64,000 nucleotides of DNA, from the NCBI GenBank assembly GCA_963719315.1, contig CAVRBU010000001.1:288001-352000 (forward strand), in the 5' to 3' direction. The stretch comes from an uncultured Planctomycetota bacterium (lineage in GTDB: Bacteria; Planctomycetota; Planctomycetia; Pirellulales; Lacipirellulaceae). Shown here in pieces: positions 1-11,382 of the stretch; within the stretch, counting starts at the first letter, position 1, and each line of letters begins with the position of its first letter. The translations under genes were made by a program, and so were the position numbers. The notes beneath the pieces were generated by a model that saw nothing but the letters and a program-made list of their open reading frames with translations, ran no database searches and was not told where the DNA came from.

Positions 1-942
1 GAATGGCAAATCGATTTCCTCGTAAGCGGTGGCGAGCGTGGGGGCAATAGGTTGGAGCGACGACTTGAGGGCCCCGTCCACGCCATCGGCGAATTCGTCG
101 CCATATTGTTTCATGGAGGCGATGCTCCGCCGGGGCAATGGGTTTTGATCGCCGCCGCAGCCGACGAAATAGAGGGCGGTGACGCCCGGATGTCGGCGTT
201 CGATTTCGGTTTGGGCGGCGCCGGGCCAATCGGCGGAGATGAAGTAGTCCGAGAGCACGGTGGCGTGGCAGGCATAGCCGGCAGCGATTGCCCGCAGTTC
301 GCCGTCGTCGCCGCTTACGGTCAGCACCGGCAGCTCATGATCGATTGGACCTTTGAGCTTGTTCTCCTGCCGCAGCTTCGGCACTTGGCCTTCTGGGTTA
401 TTGCGGCGATTGACGGCGAACCCGGCCTCGCCGATTCCGTAGGCCAATTTCGCCGGCTTCCGTGTGCCAATCGCTTCGCCGACAACATCAACCAGCATGT
501 CCGCCAGCTTTGCCTTGTACTCTGTCACGCGGCGGGTCTGATCCTCGTCGAGATTGAACATCGGCACGAGATTGCCGCGGATGACGGGGCCGCTGTGGGT
601 GTGCGACGTCGAGAGGGCGATCGCCGCCCGCGGCAACCCGTATTTTTCTTTGAGGCGCTGACATACTGTTTGCGACAACCCGCGATCGATGCCGACGAGG
701 TCCATCGTCACCAGCACGGTGCGCTTGCCGGCCGCGTCTTCGAGCACGAGCGCCTTGGCCCACAAGTCGTCGTGCTTGGTGGCGGCCGGTTTGTTGCGCG
801 AACCATAGCCGGACAGCCAAATCGGTAGTTCCGGCGTAATGTTGACGCTGGCGACGCCAGCCTGCCAACCCTTTCCAGTTGCACCCGCTGTTTGCGATGC
901 GATTGCGATGGCGAAGAAGAAAAGAGCGCAGTAACGGGTCAT
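1..942 (-). CDS. Neutral/alkaline ceramidase-family secreted protein (runs off the left edge; apparent frameshift in the signal-peptide region near 915-925)
   Basis: Manual minus-strand translation gives GWQAGVASVNITPELPIWLSGYGSR...LWAKALVL...STSHTHSGP...NRR...YACHATVL...SADWPG...GCGGDQNP. The ATG at 942 is out of frame by one base around a T-rich run. Confidence 0.75.
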   Translation of the reverse strand, partial: MTRYCALFFFAIAIASQTAGATGKGWQAGVASVNITPELPIWLSGYGSRNKPAATKHDDLWAKALVLEDAAGKRTVLVTMDLVGIDRGLSQTVCQRLKEKYGLPRAAIALSTSHTHSGPVIRGNLVPMFNLDEDQTRRVTEYKAKLADMLVDVVGEAIGTRKPAKLAYGIGEAGFAVNRRNNPEGQVPKLRQENKLKGPIDHELPVLTVSGDDGELRAIAAGYACHATVLSDYFISADWPGAAQTEIERRHPGVTALYFVGCGGDQNPLPRRSIASMKQYGDEFADGVDGALKSSLQPIAPTLATAYEEIDLPF

Positions 943-1000
943 GATATTGTTCCTATTTGTTTTCACCGCGGCGGCATGACGTAGGAGAAACGACCAATGA

Positions 1001-1141
1001 CAGTAGTTCCAAGTTCAGACTAAGTGGGCGGGAACACTAATCTTCGCTAATTTCCACTGATTCGGAATTAGCGGAAATTAGTGAGAACCAGCGTTCCTCA
1101 GTAATTCATTTCCTCGCCAGTCTCGAAACTTGGAAGTACTG
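1001..1141. mobile_element. 141-bp MITE-like element
   Basis: Terminal inverted repeats CAGTAGTTCCAAGTT / AACTTGGAAGTACTG (14/15 match). Flanked by AATGA at 996-1000 and 1142-1146. Long internal hairpin, no ORF. Confidence 0.6.
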
Positions 1142-1228
1142 AATGACCAAGCACCAATGACCAACGCAGATCTGTCTCACTTGGTCCTTGGCCATTAGGA
1201 TTTCCCGTCGTAATTGTGCCTTCGTGAT

Positions 1229-2902
1229 TCAGTCCTTATTTTGATAAACGACTTTTCCTCCGACGATCGTCGTGCGGATTGGCACTGTGTTCAGTTCGTT
1301 GGGCGGCGTGTCGAACAGGTTGCGGCCCAGCACGACCAGGTCGGCCAGTTTGCCGGGTTCGAGTGAGCCGAGTGTGGCTTCGCTAAAGCCGGCATAGGCT
1401 GCGTCGATCGTGTAGGCGCGGAGAGCTTCTTCGACCGTGATCTTCTGTTGCGGTATCCAGCCGTCGGGGTTCTTGCCGTCGAGCGTGCGGCGCGTGACGG
1501 CGGCGTAAATGCCTTCGATCGGCGTGGGCGGCGCTACGAACCAATCGCTGCCGAACGCCAGTCGTGCGCCGCTATCCAAGAGCGAGCGGAAGGCGTAGGT
1601 CGTCTCACACCGTTTTGCGCCAATCAAGCCTTCCGCCCAGCGGCCGTCGTCGATCGCATGGTACGGCTGCATGCTGGCGATGACGCCGAGCTTTGCGAAC
1701 CGCGGCAAGTCTTGCGGGTGGATGTGCTGCGCATGTTCGATGCGGAACCGGCGGTCGCGCGGGCCGTTGGCTTGGGCCACGCGCTCGTAGATATCGAGTT
1801 GTGTGCGGATGGCCCGGTCGCCGATCGCGTGTACCACGACCTGCAGCCCCGCGCGGTCGGCGTCGAGCGTCCACTTCTCCAAATCCTCGGGTGTGTTGAC
1901 CAGCAGGCCGCGGTCGGCCGGCGAGTCGCTGAATGGCTCCAGGAACGCGGCGGTGTGAGAGCCGAGCGAGCCATCGACGAAACCCTTGAGCCCGCCGATG
2001 CGGAGCCAGTCGTTGCCGCGGCCGCGCTCCTGCACTTCTTTCGCAAGCCGCTCCCACTGCTCGAGCGGCGTGCAGGCGTAGATTCGCGTCTTCAAGAGTC
2101 CGCGCCGCTCGGCGATGCGGAGGATTTCGAGTTGCGGCCAGGTGCCCAGGTGATGCACCGCGGTGACGCCGCGGGCCGCGAGATAATCCATCGCGGCCAC
2201 CGTCGCGTCGAGCCGCTGCTGTAGCGTGGGGTCTGGCTGCGCGCGATCGATGAGCGACAAAGCGTTGTCCTTGAAGATGCCGGTCGGCCGGCTGGTCTTG
2301 TCGCGGACGATTTCGCCACCGGGCACGTCCTTCACATCATCGCCGATCTTGGCTGCCCGCATGGCGGCCGAGTTCGCCAGCGACATGTGCCCATCCAGGC
2401 GGTTGATCCACACAGGGTTTTCGGGCGTTACGGCGTCGATCCAATCGCGCGAGGGGAGCTCGCCGCCCCACAGTGTATGGTCCCAATCGCCGCCGGTGAT
2501 CCACGCGCCGCGCTCCTGCTTCTTCGCAAACTCGCCGATGCGGCGGACGAACTCGTCGCGCGAGGCGGCATCGCGCAGTTGCACCGAGGCCAGGCGCAGG
2601 CCGCCGTCGATCAAGTGGATGTGCGAATCGATGAGACCCGGCACGACCATGCCATCGCCGGCGTCGATGACTTGCGTCTTGTCGCCGCGATATTTTTGCA
2701 GTTCATCGCGCGAACCGACGGCCACGATTTTGTCGCCGCGAATCGCGACAGCTTCGGCGAGCGGCCGATGTGTGTCGGCCGTCCAGACGGAGCCCTCGAT
2801 CAAAATCGTAGCCGGACCTCCGTCCGCTCCATCATCGGCGCGAGTCGGGGCAGCCGCTGCACAGAGCATCGCAAGTGCCGTGAGGTATTGCATCGGCGTC
2901 AT
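1229..2902 (-). CDS. Amidohydrolase family 3 protein (YtcJ-like) with signal peptide
   Basis: PGLIDSHIH, HAIGDRA, RIEHAQ, FGSDW and GSLEPGKLADLVVL motifs; 557 aa. Confidence 0.9.
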   Translation of the reverse strand: MTPMQYLTALAMLCAAAAPTRADDGADGGPATILIEGSVWTADTHRPLAEAVAIRGDKIVAVGSRDELQKYRGDKTQVIDAGDGMVVPGLIDSHIHLIDGGLRLASVQLRDAASRDEFVRRIGEFAKKQERGAWITGGDWDHTLWGGELPSRDWIDAVTPENPVWINRLDGHMSLANSAAMRAAKIGDDVKDVPGGEIVRDKTSRPTGIFKDNALSLIDRAQPDPTLQQRLDATVAAMDYLAARGVTAVHHLGTWPQLEILRIAERRGLLKTRIYACTPLEQWERLAKEVQERGRGNDWLRIGGLKGFVDGSLGSHTAAFLEPFSDSPADRGLLVNTPEDLEKWTLDADRAGLQVVVHAIGDRAIRTQLDIYERVAQANGPRDRRFRIEHAQHIHPQDLPRFAKLGVIASMQPYHAIDDGRWAEGLIGAKRCETTYAFRSLLDSGARLAFGSDWFVAPPTPIEGIYAAVTRRTLDGKNPDGWIPQQKITVEEALRAYTIDAAYAGFSEATLGSLEPGKLADLVVLGRNLFDTPPNELNTVPIRTTIVGGKVVYQNKD

Positions 2903-2943
2903 TCCAAACCTCCGAAGCTGTCAAAACCGAAAATAAAATCGCA

Positions 2944-3016
2944 ATTCTCGCACGGACTGAAGTCCGTGCTACAAAGTTCCGGTCCGAACGGTGCCAAATG
3001 TAGGACACCACCGCCG
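2944..3016. repeat. Dispersed ~73-bp composite repeat, copy 1 (REP-like CACGGACTGAAGTCCGTG plus conserved tail)
   Basis: Near-identical to the reverse complement of 32712-32783. Confidence 0.8.
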
Positions 3017-3165
3017 TGGCAGAACCCTTGGCTTTTGGTCCCCTGGGGGTTATCATACCAGATGCGATGGTTTGCCTGCTGGAATGGTCGCGCCGGTGCT
3101 CTCTCAGCACGTACGCGGCCGCTCCATTGCGATCCCACCTTAAACAACCGCGGCAACCACACGTC

Positions 3166-6100
3166 ATGACGATTGCGTGTACCCATAGAGCACTGCTCGC
3201 GTACTTCGCACTGATTGCGGGGCGTTCTGCGCTGCCGCCCAGGGAGCCGAAAGCGCGGTCAAGTACAACCGCGACGTCCGCCCCATACTGTTCGAGAACT
3301 GCTTCGCGTGTCACGGGCCAGATAGCGCGGCTCGGCAGGCTGAACTGCGGCTCGATCGGCGGGAGGTCGCCGTTGAGAAAGCGGCTATCGCGCCGGGCGA
3401 CCCGGATGCCAGTGAAATGATCCGGCGGATTTTGTCGGATGATCCCGATGAACAAATGCCTCCGCCGGAGACCAAGAAGACCCTCACCGACATTCAAAAG
3501 CAAGTGCTCGTGCGGTGGATCAAAGAAGGGGCGAAGTACGAACCGCTGTGGTCACTCATTCCGCCCGTTCGCCCGCCCGTTCCGAAGATTAGCGATCGTT
3601 CCTGGGCACACAATCCGATCGATAACTTTATCGCCGCGCGGCTGGAAGCGGAGGGATTGACGCCCACGCCCGAGGCCGATCGCCGAACGCTGGTCCGCCG
3701 CGTGAGTCTCGATATCACCGGGCTGCCACCCACTCCGGAGTTGGTCGAAGAATTCGTCAAGGACGCGGCCCCCGACGCCTACGAGCGACTCGTCGATAAG
3801 CTTCTCGCGTCGCCGAAGTGGGGCGAGCACCGCGGGCGATATTGGCTCGACGCCGCCCGCTACGCCGACACGCACGGCATTCATTTCGATAACTATCGCG
3901 AGATGTGGTCGTATCGCGATTGGGTCATCAAGGCGTTCAACCAGAACATGCCGTTCGATCAGTTCACGATCGAGAATCTCGCCGGCGACTTGATGCCGAA
4001 CGCGACGCTCGATGACCGCATCGGATCCGGCTTCAACCGCTGCAACATCACGACGAACGAAGGCGGCGCCATTGCGGAAGAGTACGCCGTGCTCTACGCG
4101 CGCGACCGCGTGGAGACGACGACCAAGGTTTGGTTGGGCCTGACGGCGGGTTGCGCCGTGTGTCACGACCATAAGTTCGATCCGCTCACGCAGAAAGAGT
4201 TTTACGAACTGGCGGCGTTTTTCAACAACACAACCCAAGCGCCGATGGACGGCAACGTGAAGGACACGCCGCCGATCGTGAGCGTGCCGCAGGAGTCGGA
4301 TGCCAAGCGTTGGGACGAAGTCGCGAAGGAAATCCCGGCAGCGAAGGTGCTGGTCGATGATCGCCGCCGCGATGCGCAGCCGGAGTTCGACGTTTGGTTG
4401 GCGACGGCCAAGCCGGCCGACGTGGCGACTGAAATTCCGACCTCCGAGCTCGAGTTGTTCGCGGCGCTGAACGACGGGGATAAGACAATTCGCTATGAAC
4501 TGCACGGCAAGAAGGCGAAAGCGCGGCTGCCGAAGACCGTGGAATGGCGACCGGGCCGGGTCAGTGCGAACGCCGCGTATTTGAACCAGGGCGAAGTGCT
4601 TTCCGAGAAGAAAGCCGGTGATTTCGATGCCAACCAGGCGTTTTCGTATGCCGCTTGGGTGAAGCTTCCGGCGAACGATGGCTCGGGCGCGATTCTCTCG
4701 CGGATGGACGATCGCCGCGACTTCCGCGGCTGGGACTTGTGGGTCGAAAGTCGCCATATTGGCGCGCACCTGATCGATCGGTGGCCGGATAACGCGATCA
4801 AAGTCGTCAGCCGCGATCAATTGCCGGCCGACGAGTGGGTACATGTGGCCATCACGTACGACGGCAGCAGCAAAGCGGCCGGCGTGAAGGTTTACGTAAA
4901 CGGCGAGTCGCAACCGACCAACATTGCGGCCGATTCGCTGGCCGGTACGCTCCGCACGGATGTGCCATTCAAGATTGGGCAGCGCAATACGACCTCGCCC
5001 CTTTCGGGCGCGACGATTCAAGACGTGCGGCTCTACAGCCGGCTGCTGGCCGAAAGCGAGGTGGCGTCGTTGGCGAAGCTCTCGTTGTCCGCCGTCGTCG
5101 CGGCGCCGCCGGAAAAGCGGAGTGAAGCCGATCTCAACAATTTGTACGATTGGTGGCTTAGGAATCTTGATGCCAAATATCTAGCGCTCTCCAAAACACA
5201 GGCGGACCTCATTCGCGAACAGGCCGACATGCAAGCCCGCAGCACGACTGGTTATGTCATGCAGGAGCGGGCCGAACCAGCGATCGCGTTCGTATTGAAT
5301 CGCGGCGAATACGATCAGCGCAAGGAGCAAGTCTCGCCGGGTACGCCCGCGATGCTGCCCCCCTTCCCCGCGGACTTGCCGCACAACCGCCTTGGCTTTG
5401 CGAAGTGGCTGCTGCGGCCCGAGCAGCCGCTTACGGCCCGTGTTACGGTTAACCGCTTCTGGAGCGAAGTATTCGGCACGGGCCTCGTGAAAACGCCCGG
5501 CGATTTCGGCGTTTCTGGCGAACTGCCGTCGCACCCGGAGCTGCTCGATTGGTTGGCCATCGAGTTTCGCGACTCGGGCTGGGATGTCAAGAAGCTGTTT
5601 AAGCTGATGGTCACCTCATCGGCCTATCGCCAAAGCGGGGCGATCACTCCGGAGAAGCTCGCAAAGGACGGCGAGAATCGCCTTCTCTCGCGCGGCCCGC
5701 GGTTCCGGATGGATGCCGAAATGGTGCGCGACTACGCGCTGGCCGCGAGCGGGCTGTTGTCCGACAAAATCGGCGGTCCGAGCGTCAAGCCGTATCAGCC
5801 GCCCGGCGTGTGGGAAGCGGTCGCCATGATCGGCAGCAACACGCGGGATTACAAGCATGATGCAGGCGATGCACTGTATCGCCGCAGCATGTATACATTC
5901 TGGAAGCGGGCTGCGCCGCCGGCTTCCATGGACGTATTCAACGCGCCATCGCGCGAAACCTGCACGATGGTCCGCGAGCGCACCAACACGCCGCTGCAGG
6001 CTTTGGTGACGCTCAACGATCCACAATTCGTCGAAGCTGCACGGCAACTGGCCGAGCACGCCATCGAATCGAATGGCGACGATACCAAGAGACTTGACTT

Positions 6101-6329
6101 CATGGCCGATCGACTGTTAGCCCGGCCACTGAAGCCAAAGGAGCTTTCGGTCGTTCGCGGTTCGCTCGAAAAGTTCGAGCGACACTACTCGGCCGCCGCC
6201 GATGACGCGGCTAAGCTCGTCGAGGTTGGCGAATCGAAACACGACTCGAAAGTTTCCCTGCCGCAACTGGCGGCGTGGACGATGGTCGCCAACGAACTGA
6301 TGAATATGGATGAAGTATTGAACAAGTAA
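3166..6329 (+). CDS. Planctomycete cytochrome c / DUF1549 / LamG / DUF1553 protein (apparent frameshift near 3220-3255)
   Basis: Upstream in-frame [43 protein letters not shown], a LamG-like [20 protein letters not shown] and [12 protein letters not shown]. Confidence 0.9.
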
Positions 6330-6334
6330 TGGTT

Positions 6335-6405
6335 TGAGTAGGTGAGTAGGTGAGTAGGTGTTTTGCCGATGCCTACTCACTTACTCACCTGTTCACCCAC
6401 TCACC
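6335..6405. repeat. Octamer tandem array (GTGAGTAG)n followed by its inverted array, forming a hairpin
   Basis: TGAGTAGGTGAGTAGGTGAGTAGGTG ... CCTACTCACTTACTCACCTGTTCACCCACTCACC. The same family occurs at 25984-26046. Confidence 0.85.
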
Positions 6406-6414
6406 ACCACAACT

Positions 6415-7890
6415 ATGAATACTTTCGAACAATTCCGCCAACTCGTCTCGCGCCGCCATTTTTTGTCGTCCGGTTCGCACCTGCTCGGCACTGCCGCCCT
6501 GGCAACCTTAGCCGGCAATGGACTGTCAAAGAGAGCGCTTGGAGCGAGTTCAAAGGACGTGCACGCCACGACACGGCACGCGCTCACGAATTTCGCGCCG
6601 AAGGCCAAACAAGTAATCTATCTGCACATGGTGGGTGGCCCGCCGCAGATGGACCTGTACGACTATAAGCCCGTCATGGGGGAATGGTACGACAAAGACC
6701 TGCCCGAATCGGTCCGCATGGGCCAGCGATTGACGACAATGACCAGCGGCCAGGCCCGCTTCCCGATCGCGCCGTCGATCTACAAGTTCGAACGCTGCGG
6801 CCAAGCGGGCATGTGGGTCAGCCAACTGATGCCCTGGATGAAGAAGATGGTGGATGATGTCGTCTTCATCCGCAGCATGCACACGGAAGCCATCAACCAC
6901 GAGCCGGCGATCACGCTGATGCAGACCGGCAACCAGGTGACGGGCCGGCCATGTCTCGGATCCTGGACCTCTTACGGCCTCGGCGCGCTCAACGACAACC
7001 TGCCGACGTTCGTCGTAATGGTCGCGAAGCCGACCAACACCGAACAGGTGCAGGCGATCTCGGCGCGGCTGTGGTCGTCCGGCTTTTTGCCGGGGCAGCA
7101 CGCCGGCGTCAGTTTCCGCACGGCCGGCGATCCGATTCTGTACATCAACGATCCGCCGGGAGTTCCGCGCGATATCCGCCGTGCCAGCTTGGCCGTCGTC
7201 AACGCCCTCAACGAAATAAATTTTCAGCAATTGCACGATCCACAAACGGAGACGCGGATCCAGCAATACGAGTTGGCGTACCGCATGCAATCCAGCGTGC
7301 CGGAACTAATCGATCTCGCGAGCGAGCCCGATTCGACGTATAAGCTCTACGGAGACGAAGCCAAGAAGCCCGGCACGTTTGCCAACACGGCGCTGCTCGC
7401 GCGGCGGATGGTCGAGCGCGGCGTGCGGTTCGTGCAGATTTATCACAACAATTGGGACACGCACTCGAACGTCGCCGGCCGCTTGCCCGATCAATGCCGC
7501 GATGTCGACCAGCCCTGCTTCGCGCTCATTCAAGATTTGAAGCAGCGCGGAATGTTGGACGAAACGCTCGTCGTCTGGGGCGGCGAATTCGGTCGCACGA
7601 TCTATTCGCAGGGTGGTCTCTCGAAGCAGAATTACGGCCGCGACCACCACCCGCGGTGCTTCACCATGTGGATGGCCGGCGGCGGTTTCAAAGGGGGCAC
7701 CGTGCTCGGCGAGACCGATGATTTTTCGTATAACATCGTCAAAGACCCGGTGCACGTCCGCGATTTCCACGCCACCGTTCTAAATCAATTGGGCTTCGAC
7801 CACGAGCAGTTCACGTTCAGGCACTTGGGGCTCGATCAAAAGCTGACCGGCGTCATGCCGGCTCGCGTCGTTCACGAAGTGTTGTCGTGA
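6415..7890 (+). CDS. DUF1501 domain protein (Tat-like SRRHFL N-terminus)
   Basis: AKQVIYLHMVGGPPQMDLYDYKP, ARRMVERGVRFVQIY, WGGEFGRT and GRDHHP; typical partner of DUF1553 genes. Confidence 0.9.
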   Translation: MNTFEQFRQLVSRRHFLSSGSHLLGTAALATLAGNGLSKRALGASSKDVHATTRHALTNFAPKAKQVIYLHMVGGPPQMDLYDYKPVMGEWYDKDLPESVRMGQRLTTMTSGQARFPIAPSIYKFERCGQAGMWVSQLMPWMKKMVDDVVFIRSMHTEAINHEPAITLMQTGNQVTGRPCLGSWTSYGLGALNDNLPTFVVMVAKPTNTEQVQAISARLWSSGFLPGQHAGVSFRTAGDPILYINDPPGVPRDIRRASLAVVNALNEINFQQLHDPQTETRIQQYELAYRMQSSVPELIDLASEPDSTYKLYGDEAKKPGTFANTALLARRMVERGVRFVQIYHNNWDTHSNVAGRLPDQCRDVDQPCFALIQDLKQRGMLDETLVVWGGEFGRTIYSQGGLSKQNYGRDHHPRCFTMWMAGGGFKGGTVLGETDDFSYNIVKDPVHVRDFHATVLNQLGFDHEQFTFRHLGLDQKLTGVMPARVVHEVLS

Positions 7891-8024
7891 CGTTTATGGC
7901 AATCGGCGATTTTTCCGTCGATCCGCGCGTCGCACCATCCTCTCTTGGCTCTTGGCCGATGGCGGAAACCAATATGTTTATCGCAGAGAGCGCTCGAAAC
8001 ACACCAACTCGCGTCAAACCATCC

Positions 8025-11000
8025 ATGAGAAACCCCGCCTATAAGCTCCTATTCGCGATTGTGCTGAGTGCATGCGTCGGTCTTAACGCAGACGCGGCGA
8101 TGCCATCGCTCCCGATTCCCAAAACTCCGGCGGCGCCGGCCGGCGCCAAGTTGCCGCCCAGCGCCTTGCCGCTGCGGTTCGTGCCGCACGAGCACATCGC
8201 CCTCGTCGGCAATTCGCTGGTCGAGCGGATGAATCTGTTCGGCAACTTCGAAGCGCTGCTCCACTCGCGATTCCCGCAGTTGGAATTGGTGGTTCGGAAT
8301 TTCGCCCGGCCTTGTGATGCCGTGGACGATCTTCAGCGGCCCAGCAACTACACGGCCCTCGACGACCCGCTAACGTTGTTCGACCCCGACACGTTTTTGT
8401 GCTTCTTCGGCTTCAACGAGGCGTTCGCCGGCCCCGCAGGCGAGCAGCATTTTCGCGAAGCGTACGGGAAATATCTGGATGAAATGGCTCAGCACTACCC
8501 GCGCGCGGCGGCGCCGCGCCTCGGTTTGTGTTGATGTCGCCGGTCGCCTGGGAGCCCACCGGCAATCCGTTGTGGCCAGACTCCAATACGCGGAACGAAA
8601 GTCTTCGTCGTTACGCCGCAATCATTGCCGATATCGCACACGAGCGGGGGCTGGCATACGTCGATCTCTTCACACCGACCGAGCCGCTGTTTGCGAAACA
8701 AGCCGGCATGCAGTTCACGGTCAACGGTTGCCATTTGAATGAAGCCGGCGATCGGGAAGTCGCCATTGCGCTCGATCGTGCCCTGTTCGGCGAGACGACC
8801 GCCGCAAAAATGGATTCCGACGAATTTCAGAAGCTGCGTGCGGCGGTGAACGACAAGTCGTGGGTACACCTTCAGGACTATCGAATGCTGAACGGTTGGT
8901 ATGTGTACGGCGGACGCCGCACGTGGGACACCGAGACGTTTCCCCGCGAATTTCGCAAGATTCGCGCGATGGCGGCCGTCCGCGATCGCCGGGTTTGGGA
9001 CCTTGCGCAAGGAAAAGACCCCGGGCCGCCGGACGATAGCCAGACCGGCGACTTGTATGTCCCGCCCACTCGTTTCGGCAATCCGACGCAGCATTATTCC
9101 GAACCGGATAAGCTGGAGTATCTTTCGCCGGAAGAATGCGTGAAGACGATGAAAGTGCCGGAAGGCTTCGAAGTCCAGCCATTTGCGAGCGAGAATGAAT
9201 TTCCCGAGCTGGCCAAACCGGATCAAATCAACTTCGATAGCCGTGGCCGGCTGTGGGTCTGTTGCATGCCCACGTATCCACAATGGAAGCCGGGCGACGG
9301 GCGGCCGAACGATCGGCTGCTGATCCTGGAAGACAAAGATCACGACGGCCGCGCCGACAAATGCACGGTTTTCTACGACAAACTCCACTGTCCCACCGGA
9401 TTCGAATTTTGGAACGGCGGCGTGATCGTCGTCGATCAGCCGCGTTATTTGTGGCTCAAAGACACGGACGGCGACGACAAGGCCAACGTCGTGGTGCGAC
9501 TATTTGATGGTTGGGCGAGCGACGATACGCACCACGTGGCCGGCAAATTCGAATACTCGAACGGTGGTTTGCTCCACAATTTGGAAGGCGTTTCGATGAG
9601 CACGACCGTGGAAACGCCCTGGGGCCCGCATCGCACGCACGACGCGCCCGGTTCGCACGTTATCGATCTACGGACGATGAAGATCGGTCACTTCGTAACG
9701 CCCGGCTACGGCAACCCGTGGTGCTACGTTTTCGATTCGTGGGGTCAGGGTTTTGTGGGCGACGGCACGACGGCCCAGCAGCATTGGGATTCGCCGCTGA
9801 GCGGCGCCGAAGTGGCCGGCCGCCGCGGCATGGATCCGGTCTTCAACAATCAAGGCATGCGGCCGTGCGTGGGCAACGAGTTCCTCCTGTCGCGGCAATT
9901 TCCTGAGGACGTACAGGGCCAGTTCACCTATGCCTGCGTGATCAATATGAACGGCATGCCGCGGTTCAACGTTCGCGACCAGTCGGCCGGCTATGTCGGC
10001 GAACGCATCATGTTCCCAGCCGCCGATGGAACCAAGGATGGAAAGCAGTTGCCCGATGACTTGCTGGTCAGCACGGATAAGAACTTCCGCCCGGTCGATC
10101 CGCAAATCGGCCCGGACGGGGCGCTTTGGTTCGGCGACTGGTGCAACGCGCTCATCGGCCACATGCAGTATTCGCAGCGCGATCCAAACCGCGACCACAT
10201 GCGCGGCCGCATCTATCGGCTCGTGTACACGAAACACAAATTGCTCGATCCGGTGACACAGAACGACAAGTCGGAAGCACAACTACTCGATCAGCTTCGC
10301 GAGTACGAGCCGCGCACGCGGTATCGGGCGCGGCGGGAGCTGCGAGATCGTCCGAAAGACGTGGCGTTGGCGGCCATTCGAACATGGGTCTCGGCGCTGG
10401 ACAAGAACGATTCCGAATACGACCGGCTTCGTTGCGAAGCACTCTGGGCGCAGCAATCGCAGCACGCGGTTGACGAAAAGCTGCTCCGCGAGGTCCTCGC
10501 CGCAAAGACATTCAACGCCCGCGCGGCGGCCATGCACGTCGCGGCCGACGAACGCGATTACCTGCCTGGTGCGCTCGATGTGTTGGAGGCCGGCGTTCGC
10601 GATGAGAACCCCCGCGTGCGGTTGGAAGCGATCCGCGGGCTGAGCTTTTTCCAAACGCCGTCCGCCGTCGATGCGGCCCTTGCGGCGCTCAAGTTGCCCA
10701 CCGATTCTTGGATCGACTACACGCTCGAGCACACGCTTGCCGCGCTCGAGCCGCAGTGGAAGGACGCCTACCAATCGGGCAAGCTGGCCGCCGGCGACGA
10801 GCGGGCGAAGAAGTTTATCGATAGCTATATTGCGCGCGGGCGCCGGGGCTCGCCGCTCAAGTTCAAATCAAGAAGTTGATTAAGCCTGAGACGCCGGCGA
10901 AGGTTAGGGAAAAGGCGTACGCCGCGCTCGAAACGATGCACGGCGATCCGAACAACGGCCGCTCCGTATTCACCCGGACGTGCGTTAGTTGCCATAAGAT

Positions 11001-11349
11001 CGGCGATACCGGCTACACGTTTGGGCCCGAACTAAGCGACGTGGGCAAGCGGCTTAAGCGGCATGAAATCGTCGAGTCTATCATTGAGCCGAGCAAAAAA
11101 GTCGATCCCAAATACGTGACGACGACGATCATTACGAACGAAGGCAAGAGTAACGTCGGGTTCATCATCAAGCAGACGAAAGATTCGGTAACGCTCTTGA
11201 TGGCCGAGGGCAAGCAGGCGACAATCGCAACCGAAGACATCGACGAAATGGCCGCCACGAATCAGAGCAGCATGCCGGAGAACTTGGCCAGCACGCTGTC
11301 GCCGGCGGAGTTTCTGGACGTTGTGGAGTTTCTTTCCTCTCGAAAATAA
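8025..11349 (+). CDS. SGNH-like + PVC-type heme-binding CxxCH protein (propeller, HEAT repeats, cytochrome c); one gene split by two apparent frameshifts (~8515, ~10850)
   Basis: ORFs 7887-8534, 8528-10879 and 10876-11349 overlap end to end and give consecutive domains: GNS...GFNE...NGCHLN; FASENEFPELAKP...GPDGALWFGDW; CVSCHKIG...GPELS...SSMP. Confidence 0.8.
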
Positions 11350-11382
11350 AGGCCGCACGGTAGTTGGGCGGATTCCATCGCA

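Noticed and set aside
52..828. 258-aa + strand ORF and the many other long ORFs antisense to real genes
   Set aside because: These are shadow frames typical of high-GC DNA; the motif-bearing gene is on the other strand.
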